Shown: one piece after another, positions 18,804 to 27,800 of the stretch
How the letters are laid out: each line of letters starts with the position of its first letter
Position numbering within the stretch: position 1 is the first letter of the stretch
Virus record (IMG/VR): IMGVR_UViG_3300024261_000009
Coordinates: 32,001-96,000 of that record
Reading direction: 5' to 3' (one strand)
Length of the DNA stretch: 64,000 bases
Source of the DNA: a virus
Translations under genes and position numbers: made by a program
Notes under the pieces: model-generated
What the model saw: the letters and a program-made list of their open reading frames with translations, nothing else
The model's database searches: none
What the model was told of the DNA's origin: nothing

Positions 18804-19612
18804 TCAGACCAGTGCTGACAAAACCTCTCGCTGCACCACCAATTATCAGGACTGGTCTTTGGAAAAACCCCCGCGCTAATGCTTTCTGCTGCGTCCCGGA
18901 TAAGTTCCCCGGACCAGGTTACCTGCTGAGGGGTTAGGGTTGTTCTAACCTTATTAAACCTGGGAACTTTGCCCTTAATTATATTGTCGTACCCAACAGA
19001 AGCGCAGCCCTCCACATTTGCGTACAAGGCGAGCTGGAGGCTGTTCTCCGCGTCCCTGTCGGGCTTTTTCCTTTTGGTCACTTTAGTATCAATGACCTCA
19101 ACCCCGTTAGCTCCGTCTATCAAGTCTATAACTCCTCGAGTTAGGACTCCCTTAACAGGAACCTCAAAGCTTTTCTCAACGGCTAGAGGCACTATCTCTG
19201 GAGCACGGATCTTATGCCACAGTTTATACGCGGCCCTAACTTTGTCGAGCCAGTGGCCTACGGGTTTCTGTTCCCCGGTATCCGGGTCCTCAAGGGAGTC
19301 CAGTTCCGAAAAGTCAGCACTTACGATAGTGCTGGCTTCGTCCAAGGCTTCCTCTAACTCTCTAAGGGTATTAGTTTCCTGCTTAACTCTGAGAGTGTCT
19401 TCTATGATCTTATGTACGCTACGCCCCGTAGCGGTGGCTACACTACCGCCCCCTCGCTTACCTAGGACATAGGTATGGTAGTATCTCCACCCGCACATAT
19501 AGTACTGACTAACCTGGCTAACAGATATGTAGCCTCGGGGTAGGTTTAGCGAGGAGTCTACCTCGGGCGTGTCTAGATCTGATAATTTTATCTTTTTGAA
19601 GTGTTCTGACAT
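18782..19612 (-). CDS. Second PD-(D/E)xK nuclease, Cas4/RecB-like
   Basis: SVSQVSQYYMCGWRYY, RGVIDLID, IDTKVT, QLALY, WWCSERFCQHWSEC. ATG at 19612 follows GGAGG. Confidence 0.85.
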   Translation of the reverse strand: MSEHFKKIKLSDLDTPEVDSSLNLPRGYISVSQVSQYYMCGWRYYHTYVLGKRGGGSVATATGRSVHKIIEDTLRVKQETNTLRELEEALDEASTIVSADFSELDSLEDPDTGEQKPVGHWLDKVRAAYKLWHKIRAPEIVPLAVEKSFEVPVKGVLTRGVIDLIDGANGVEVIDTKVTKRKKPDRDAENSLQLALYANVEGCASVGYDNIIKGKVPRFNKVRTTLTPQQVTWSGELIRDAAESISAGVFPKTSPDNWWCSERFCQHWSECRGKKI

Positions 19613-20031
19613 AAATCCTCCAGTACTTTTGCCGCTCGAGGTCCGCCCTCTGCCAGTGCGTCTGCCCACTTTGCTTTGGGAGACTCTCTAGGGTGCCAAC
19701 GAAATCGGACTTGGTTTAAATTACGGACACGGTCTAACGCTCTCTGGTGTAGGGGTTTTAGTCCCTTGCTCTTTACGCGGTATACCCCACGAAGTTGCCT
19801 ATCCACCAATTGGCTATCAGTGTAGAGAGTAACTGTCTGGGCTCCTAGAGACTTTGCTTCCTCTAAGCCCCGTATTACGGCTAGGTACTCTGCTACGTTA
19901 TTAGACCCTACTCCGGCTTTCTCGGAGATAGCCGCCATAACGGTACCCTCCGAGTCTCGTATTAAAACGCCTATCCCCATTTTCCCGGGGTTAGGTTTAG
20001 CCTCCCCATCCGTTATAATTTCTAAGTGCAT
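19588..20031 (-). CDS. rnhA: Ribonuclease HI
   Basis: TDGEAKPNPG, NNVAEYLA, TDSQLV, WADALA (D-E-D-D catalytic set). Confidence 0.92.
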   Translation of the reverse strand: MHLEIITDGEAKPNPGKMGIGVLIRDSEGTVMAAISEKAGVGSNNVAEYLAVIRGLEEAKSLGAQTVTLYTDSQLVDRQLRGVYRVKSKGLKPLHQRALDRVRNLNQVRFRWHPRESPKAKWADALAEGGPRAAKVLEDLCQNTSKR

Positions 20032-20097
20032 ACTCTCCCCTTAAGGTCTTCTGTCATTTTTTGGTACCTGTTTTTTGTTACCAACAAGTCCGCTCCT

Positions 20098-21984
20098 TTA
20101 TATTTTGTTCGTGCTTACCGTCGCTTTAGACGCGCTTTTAGAGAACTTGCACGCAGGTTCGTAGGGCTTTACCCCTGCAGCTAGGCACTCCAGGGAACGA
20201 TCACAACTAACGCACTCCGGGGTCCGGGTGACCATAGCCGCCACATCTATCTTGGCCGTTAGTAGTTTGCGCGTTGCATCCATAACCGACCCTCGGATTG
20301 CAATAGTTTGAACTAGAAGTTGTTTAAACCCCTTGGCGCGTATACCAAAGTTTCTGTCTAACGACTGTAGCCAGTGATCCAGTCTCCAGTCTAGTTCGGC
20401 GTATATCATAGCAGGGGCCTTAAAGGTCACCCCTATCCCCATCGATATCTGTCCCACCAGAACTCGAGTCTTAGAGTCTTCGTTAAAAGACTTCTCTGCC
20501 GCCTTTAAATCTGGAGTAGTGCTATCATACCGCACCGAGTTAAGCCCCAAGGGATCTAGTACGGATTGTGAGAGCTCGTGAAGGGCATTAAGCATGGCTA
20601 CATGTTTTGCCCAGATAATTACTTTCCTTCCTTCAGCAAGATGGCCTTCTAGAAGCTCCCTAACGGCGTCCACTACAGGGTTTTTTCCGGAGAAGGTTAT
20701 GAGAGAGTTTCCAGGATCCCTTGTCTCCACCTTGCAAGCCTTAGTGTAGGGCTTTACCCCCTCCGCCACGCACTGGTTTAGCCTGGGACAGCCGTCACAT
20801 ATCGTGGGGTTCTTTTTAGACAGGTACAAAAAGCCGCTAGAAAGTTGCGACAACTTACTAAGTGCTACTATTTTTTCCTCTACGTTTAGAGTCCTGTTTT
20901 CTCCGGCAGAGTCTTTTATCTTGACCACTTTTCCGTCTACAATCTGGTTGTACACTTTCCTTAGCGCAGGCGTGGGCTCTATAGTTATGTGGTCAAAACT
21001 TCGTGGAGGAAGCTCAAGGCAGTCTTCAGCCTCTAAAGTTAGGGCTAAGGTTTCGACTTGCTTAGAAAGCAGGTGCATATTCTTAAAGCCTGAGACGGCA
21101 TGCTCGTGGTACCGGGACGGTATAGTGTACCTAGACTTAAAATCCCAGTAACTCGGAACTACGAACTTCCCGAGAAACCTTAGTTGGCCCCACAGGTGGC
21201 GTGGGTCTCCCAAGGACGCGGTCCCGGTTAGTAGCAACCTTCTGGAGGCCTTTTTAGCTAAGTAGTGGACCGCCTTGGTCTGCTGTGACTTGTAACCTCT
21301 CAGCCGATGAGACTCGTCTGCAACTATCATAGTGTAGGGGACCTGCGCGTATATTAGCTCGGAGGCTACTCGAGCCGTGTCATAGGTTATGACTAGAATG
21401 TCGGGAGGGTCTTTTAGTATATCTTTTAGCTTCTTAGCTCTCTGCTTAGGCCCGCTAGCAACCAAGGGTTCCGCCCTAAGCTCTCCTGCAGAATGAATGT
21501 CAGCTTCCTCTTTCCAGGTGTAGATGTTTACGCGTAGCGCGATTACCAAGCAAAGCTGTCTTCGAGAAGGGTCCTTGTTCTTTAGGTGCCTAACGAGGTC
21601 TACCACAATCTTTGTTTTACCGAGGCCTCTTCCTAGAAAGAGCCCATACCGTAGATTCCACAAGGCGTGGCAAAAGGCTGTCTTCTGGTGCGGATAAAAC
21701 GGCGTAACAGGCTCATACCCGTCCGTGTCTTCTCGCTCCATCAATAGAGGCACTCGGTCCTCTTTGGAGACGTGGTCTAAGACCTCCTCGGGGATAACCA
21801 CCGCAGGCAAAACTTTTCCTATATCCTCTACTACCTTTTGGTGGTAAGGGTAGAAAGCTGGGTACGCCCACCTTCCAGAAGGGGTTCGGACGGCACCGTA
21901 TATTTTCTTTTGGGCGGGGGACAAAGCCTCCATTATTATTACTGGAAGGCCGTTATTAAGCATTTCTACTCTAATAGTAGTCAT
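20098..21984 (-). CDS. SNF2-family SF2 helicase with duplicated 4-Cys motif
   Basis: GRGLGKT, ADESHRL, LLTGT, QSLDRNFGI; CxxC-x5-C-GVKPY-xxACK occurs twice. Confidence 0.85.
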   Translation of the reverse strand: MTTIRVEMLNNGLPVIIMEALSPAQKKIYGAVRTPSGRWAYPAFYPYHQKVVEDIGKVLPAVVIPEEVLDHVSKEDRVPLLMEREDTDGYEPVTPFYPHQKTAFCHALWNLRYGLFLGRGLGKTKIVVDLVRHLKNKDPSRRQLCLVIALRVNIYTWKEEADIHSAGELRAEPLVASGPKQRAKKLKDILKDPPDILVITYDTARVASELIYAQVPYTMIVADESHRLRGYKSQQTKAVHYLAKKASRRLLLTGTASLGDPRHLWGQLRFLGKFVVPSYWDFKSRYTIPSRYHEHAVSGFKNMHLLSKQVETLALTLEAEDCLELPPRSFDHITIEPTPALRKVYNQIVDGKVVKIKDSAGENRTLNVEEKIVALSKLSQLSSGFLYLSKKNPTICDGCPRLNQCVAEGVKPYTKACKVETRDPGNSLITFSGKNPVVDAVRELLEGHLAEGRKVIIWAKHVAMLNALHELSQSVLDPLGLNSVRYDSTTPDLKAAEKSFNEDSKTRVLVGQISMGIGVTFKAPAMIYAELDWRLDHWLQSLDRNFGIRAKGFKQLLVQTIAIRGSVMDATRKLLTAKIDVAAMVTRTPECVSCDRSLECLAAGVKPYEPACKFSKSASKATVSTNKI

Positions 21985-22078
21985 ATCGGTAAACCTCCTC
22001 TATAGTTATCGGGAATACAGTGTGTACCAGTCATATACTTATGCCAGCAAAAACGCTTTTATTTAAGGAGGTTTTACC

Positions 22079-23815
22079 ATGCCCTTAGCTGACGATCTGC
22101 TCGGCGTTTCTATAAACACGGCCCGACAGTACCAAGACCCCTTTAAGCTGTGGTCTGGCAATAACACGCCTAAGGATCTTAAATCCCTGTTTAAGTGGAC
22201 TGAATACCTCTACTACAATAGTGCCCAAATATACGCGGGCGTGAAGAAATTCGCTGAATACCCCATTACAGAAATACGTTACTTAACGACCAGTCCAAAA
22301 ATACGCGACCGCTACAAAGAGCTCCTGGAAGAAGTTATTGGGATAAAGAGCTGCTTAATACGCTCCTCCCTAGACCTCCATGTGTACGGGAATAGTTTTT
22401 CTTCCGTCCACATCCCGTTTAAGAGGTTCCTTGTCTGTGACTCCTGCGGTCATAAGTCAGATATAAGAAGCGTTGATTACACGCTAAAGTTAGATAAGCT
22501 AGCTTTCAAGGGACACTGCTCCTCCTGTAACAGCACTCGAAAGATGACCGTTGAGGACCAGCGCATCTTGGACGTGGAAAAAGTTAACCTGATACGGTGG
22601 GACCCTAAGTGCATCACTATCTCCCACAACCCCGTAACGGGGGACAGTCAGTACTACTTAGACGTACCCGAAGACTTGGTCTCCTCAATAAAGAAAGCCG
22701 ACGAACACCTTATAGCGTCAACTCCTTACAGCATACTGCAGGCCGTTTCTGAAGGATCGACTTTTAAGTTCGCTTCCGGGGAACTCTTTCACATGAAGTC
22801 AGATTCCCCCGCAGGGGTTGAGGGCGGGTGGGGCTACCCAAGTCTAATGGCCGCTATGCACCTTTTTTATCACGCGTCAGTTATGCGAAAAGCGAATGAG
22901 GCCATCGCGCTTGAGAGAATTGTTCCTATGCGAATACTTCACCCGGCAGCCACATCGGGTAATGGGGATCCCATCATGTCAATGTCCATCTCTAGTTGGA
23001 TAGACGATATGAAAACTTCTGTAAAAGAATGGAGGAAGGACCCTAACCACATGGTTTTCGCTCCTGTGGCTGTTGGAGTATCTCAGATCGGCGGCGATGC
23101 CCGGGCTCTTATGGTAGACTCAGAAATACAAAGAGCCGAGGACAACATAATAGCATCCATGGGGTTACCTAAGGAGTTCATCTACGGAGGACTGTCCTTT
23201 ACAGGATCCGGAGTCACACTTAGGATGCTAGAAAACCAGCTTGAGAGCTCCCTATTTCAGATAAACAACCTTCTTCAGTGGACCACGGACAAACTCTCTA
23301 AATACCTTAGTTGGGACAGCTGCAAGGTAGCTCTGGGAGACTTTAAAATGGTGGACGATGTGCAACAGAAGGGAATCTTTCTCAACTTGTGGCAGAGCGG
23401 AGTTGTCTCAAAAACAACTCTGGCGGAGGCCAACGGGATAGACCTCGCTGAGGAGCGGGAAAGAATGAAACAAGAGCAGCTTGAAGACGCTCAGTTGCAG
23501 AGGGAGATCCAGATGTCTATACAGGAGATGCAAAACACCTTAGCGGACCAAGCTCGAGCAGAGGTCCAAATGGGTAATCCCGGGCAGCAAGCTCAAGGTT
23601 CTCAGTACGACCAGCAAGCGGTAATAGCCCAGGCAGAGAATATAGCCCTTCAGATGCTACAGATGGACCCCAATATGAGAAGATCTCAGCTGTCCTCACT
23701 GCAGTCAGAAGACTACGTTATGTACTCCGTGGTCATCCAGAGATTAGAACAACTTCAACTGGACCAGAAGAACCAAGCAGCGCAGGCCAACCTGCAGCAG
23801 ATGGGAGTAAACTAG
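22079..23815 (+). CDS. Portal protein with Zn-ribbon insertion
   Basis: 578 aa at the head of the plus-strand virion block with strong RBS AAGGAGG; portal-like segments (LIRWDPKCI, ELFHMK, GWGYPSL); CDSC...CSSC; Gln-rich C-terminus. Assigned by pattern and position. Confidence 0.7.
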   Translation: MPLADDLLGVSINTARQYQDPFKLWSGNNTPKDLKSLFKWTEYLYYNSAQIYAGVKKFAEYPITEIRYLTTSPKIRDRYKELLEEVIGIKSCLIRSSLDLHVYGNSFSSVHIPFKRFLVCDSCGHKSDIRSVDYTLKLDKLAFKGHCSSCNSTRKMTVEDQRILDVEKVNLIRWDPKCITISHNPVTGDSQYYLDVPEDLVSSIKKADEHLIASTPYSILQAVSEGSTFKFASGELFHMKSDSPAGVEGGWGYPSLMAAMHLFYHASVMRKANEAIALERIVPMRILHPAATSGNGDPIMSMSISSWIDDMKTSVKEWRKDPNHMVFAPVAVGVSQIGGDARALMVDSEIQRAEDNIIASMGLPKEFIYGGLSFTGSGVTLRMLENQLESSLFQINNLLQWTTDKLSKYLSWDSCKVALGDFKMVDDVQQKGIFLNLWQSGVVSKTTLAEANGIDLAEERERMKQEQLEDAQLQREIQMSIQEMQNTLADQARAEVQMGNPGQQAQGSQYDQQAVIAQAENIALQMLQMDPNMRRSQLSSLQSEDYVMYSVVIQRLEQLQLDQKNQAAQANLQQMGVN

Positions 23816-23816
23816 T

Positions 23817-24176
23817 ATGTCCTCTAACGACCCTATAAAGGATTTTTCTCAGAGTATAGGGGGAGGACTTGACGCACCGAACCCTTTTAAAGAGGGTTTA
23901 GGGAAGACTAATGGTTTTGAAAAAGACCTATTCGAAGGAACTCCCCATGAGGCTAGTAAGCCTGCGACCCTAAAGTGGCGGCCGAAAGCGCGGGTGTTTA
24001 TCATTGATGAAGACGGCAACGAGGAGTACGAGGACATATTGGCGCAGGGGGCCAACGGGGAAGTCATGTTGGGCCGAAAGGAGATAGTGGATCTTAAAGG
24101 TTCTATTTCCTACAAGGTGTACTTGGAGTGGATGATACCTATTCGACCAGCTAAAAAGAAGCAGACTAACTCGTAG
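23817..24176 (+). CDS. Hypothetical protein
   Basis: 119 aa directly after the portal gene. Confidence 0.6.
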   Translation: MSSNDPIKDFSQSIGGGLDAPNPFKEGLGKTNGFEKDLFEGTPHEASKPATLKWRPKARVFIIDEDGNEEYEDILAQGANGEVMLGRKEIVDLKGSISYKVYLEWMIPIRPAKKKQTNS

Positions 24177-24261
24177 TCTGCTCCTCAAGGACGTCCTTAC
24201 TTTCTTCTCTTTGGCTTAGAACTTAGTTTCTTTAGCGCGCTTCTCTTTGTGTATATTGGTC

Positions 24262-24774
24262 CTACTCGCATCTTAACTCCGTTAAATTATTATTAAGTGC
24301 CTCGGGACTACTAACTGCCGCCTTAAGCAGTTTCCGAGACGTTTCCTCTTTAAGGTCCGCGGTTCTCCTCTGTTTTCTGGACTTTCTACAGGGAGTACAC
24401 ACGGGCCTAACCGCGAGACTACGAAACTTGTTTCCCCGAGCCGAAGCCACGGCGTTGTACCTCTCGACCTGATTTTTCCACCGGAAGAGCATCCCGATGG
24501 TTATGTCTATAAGTGCCTTTTCTCCGGGACACCTAACACAACTAGCCATCCCAACTATAACGTCGGTAGGATCCAGATCTGAGGTTCTTCTATCTATCCA
24601 CTCCCCGCTAGGAGGTTCTGTCATCAGGCCTTCTTCACAGCTTTTCGGAGCGCCCTGCTCCGCAAGAATTCTCGCCAGATAATTATATAAATACACTATT
24701 TTTTGCCTTTCTTTATTGTGGTTAGTGCTATTTGCATGAACACTACATGTGCCTTGCATATACTTGTGACACAA
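24262..24774 (-). CDS. Hypothetical Zn-binding protein (start probably ATG 24624)
   Basis: CVRC and CTPC pairs plus a basic C-terminal helix; the 5' extension lies in AT-rich, promoter-like DNA. Confidence 0.5.
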   Translation of the reverse strand: MCHKYMQGTCSVHANSTNHNKERQKIVYLYNYLARILAEQGAPKSCEEGLMTEPPSGEWIDRRTSDLDPTDVIVGMASCVRCPGEKALIDITIGMLFRWKNQVERYNAVASARGNKFRSLAVRPVCTPCRKSRKQRRTADLKEETSRKLLKAAVSSPEALNNNLTELRCE

Positions 24775-24805
24775 TTAGGGGCGGTATTTTTGCTCCGATG
24801 CCCGC

Positions 24806-27800
24806 TTGGAGACCCTGATGAAAGATTTAACCCCCGTTGTAATGAACCCCTACGACCGTAGGGATAAAATCAGAACCTCCGCCATCCAAGGAGTGGAAAG
24901 CCTATTTCCAATTCTAGGAGACCATAGAGATCTAGAGGTAAACAACCTTCGGGTAGATAAGAAAGACTACTCCGCTTCAGATATAAAGGACGCTGTTTTA
25001 TCTGGGAGAACTCTTGGGGAGCAACTGAAAGCGGACGTGACTATCCGGGATAAAAACGGGCAGGTTATAGACGTAAAAAAGAACCACTCTCTAATGAGAG
25101 TACCCTACTTCACCCCGCAGAACACTTTCGTGGTCAAGGGAAACGAGTACGTAGTTAGACACCAGCTGAGGACTATGCCTGGGGTATACACTCGAAAAAG
25201 AGGGAATGGTGAACTTGAGGCTAGCTTTAACTTAGCTAAGGGCTCCAATTTTCGTCTTAGTATGGACCCGGAAAAAGGTCACATGAACATGGAGTACGGA
25301 TCTTCGAAAATACCCTTGTATCCGGTACTTAGAGGCATGGGAATGACTCACACGGATATATCAAAGCAGTGGGGTTCTGGTGTAGCCAACCAAAACCAGG
25401 ATGCGTTTGACCCTAAGAGGGACAAACACGTAGACCGGCTGTATAAGAAACTGGTACCGCAGAGGAAGGTGGACTCTTCCCTAAATACAGGGGAAAAGGT
25501 TTCTGTTATACTGGATAAGTATTCCAACACACTCTTAGATAAAGAGACTACTAAGAAAACTTTGGGGGAAGCCCACACTAGCGTCACTCCCAGGAGCTTA
25601 CTCGCGGCAAGCAAAAAATTACTGCGAGTATACAAGGGGGAGGCGACCTCGGACGAGAGAGACAGCCTCGAGTACCAGACTCTCCACTCCCCTGAAGATT
25701 TCATCAGGGAACGCTTAGAGCATTCGGGCAGAAATATGCGGTGGAAGTTGAAATCAAAGCTAGACTTAACGTCTAAGCCGGAAATTAGTAAGGTTCTGCC
25801 CTCGTCTACGTTCACAAAGCCTGTGGACTCCTTCATAACCACCTCTCAGATAACCACCTCCCCGACTCAGATAAACCCCATTGCGTTAATTAACGATGCC
25901 AGCAGCATTACCCGATTCGGGGAAGGGGGTATCGGAAGTGAGAGAGCTATCCCCGCGGACGTCCGAACTTTACACGCGTCCCACCTGGGAGCTTTGGACC
26001 CCTTCGGCACTCCAGAGAGCAGCAAATCCGGAGTAGATGTTCGGGCGGCTCAGCATTTATATAAGGATGATAGGGGGCGTCTTCACACCATACTCAAAAA
26101 CGTCAGGACTTCTAAGAACCAGTTTGTTCCCGTGTCGGAAATACCTAGGTCCACTGTGGCGTTTTCTAACCAGAACACCCTTTCGGGTAGTGTGGACGTA
26201 CTGCACAAGGGCAAGGTAACCAAGGTGTCCCCGGGTAAGGTTGATTACCAGGTACCCCACTCCTCGGTTCTATACGGAGTATCGACTAATCTTATACCTT
26301 TCCTAGATTCTACTCAGGGGAACCGGGCAATAATGGCCTCAAAACACGTAGCCCAGGCTGTGCCTCTGATCGGACGAGAAGCGCCTTTAATCCAGGTCGG
26401 GGCCCCCGAAAACAGTGGGTACTCCTCGATAGAGGAACTGGTGGCTAAAACTATCGTCTTGCCCACATCTCCGGTGTCGGGAAGGGTTACGCGCGTAGAC
26501 GATGATTTCATCCATATAAGAGATTCAAAAGGATCTCCCCACAAGGTTGTCCGATTCAAAGACTATCCCCTTGCGTCAAAGACGCATATAAACGAAACAC
26601 CTGTGGTCCGCAGGGGTGATAAAGTAAAGAAGGGCCAGGTTCTTTCTGACAATAACTACACGGTAGACGGGGTCCTAGCCCTGGGCAAAAACCTAAACGT
26701 GGGCTACATGGCCTACAGAGGTTTAAACTCAAATGACGCAGTGGTTATCTCAGATGCAGCCGCGGATAAGCTTACCTCGGAGCATATGGTCAAACGAGTC
26801 CTAGTGCTGGATAACGACCTCTCCCTAGGGGACAAGAAGCACGCGGCAAACTTCGCTTCGAGGTTTACTCGGGATCAGTATAGTAACTTGAAATCCGGCG
26901 TTGTTACTCCAGGAACCGTCTTGAGAAGTGGGGACCCTATAGCAACCGCAGTTAGAAAAGCCCCTCCTAGCGTTGAAAATGAAATGTTTGGTAGGATACA
27001 TAAGTCCTTGAGAAGAGAGTACGTGGACGACAGTCTCGTCTGGGAGGATCCCGAAGACGGAGAGGTTGTTGATGTAAAACAAACGGGCAACAGGTTAGCA
27101 GTAACTATAAAGTCCAAAAAAAGGATGAAGGTTGGTGATAAACTAACGAATCGGTACGGGGCTAAGGGCGTAGTATCTAAAATAATTCCCGATGCAGAGA
27201 TGATCCAGGATGCTTCGGGGAGCCCTATTGACCTACTATGGTCTTCCTCGGGTGTCATAAGTCGAATAAATCCAGGCCAGATTGTGGAGACCGCTGCCGC
27301 TAAGGTGGCTAAGAAGCAGGGCAAACCAATCGTTGTCCAAAACTTTTCCAACAGAGATAACGTTCAGTGGGCCAAAAAGTTACTAAAGGATAATGGCCTA
27401 ACCGACAAGGAAGAGGTTACCGATCCAATCACGGGAAAGAAGATACCAAATATCATGGTGGGTCCTCAGTATGTCTATAAGGGCTTTAAGTCTACGGATA
27501 CTAATTTCTCTGCTCGAGGGGCGGGAGGGTCGTACGACATTAACCAGCAGCCTGGGAGAGGAGGCATCTCTGGTGCCAAGGGGATGGGCAGGATGGAAAT
27601 TAACGGACTGCTTGCACACAACGCACGAGACATCCTAAGGGAAAATGCGGTTATAAAGGGCACCAGAAACACTGAGTACTGGAATGCGGTTAGACTCGGG
27701 CTACCCATCCCTTCTGCGACGGCTCCTTTCGCGCACAATAAGTTTGTTTCTATGCTTACCGGAGCCGGTATGCGAATGAATCGAGAGGGAAACCAGGTCA

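Noticed and set aside
15166-19612. Cas4-like genes as a CRISPR-Cas locus
   Set aside because: No cas1, cas2, effector gene or array in the window.
24686-24693. T4 late promoter consensus TATAAATA upstream of the RNAP gene
   Set aside because: It is the only intergenic exact copy I noticed and lies in AT-rich DNA; the sigma is not gp55-like. It remains possible but is unsupported.
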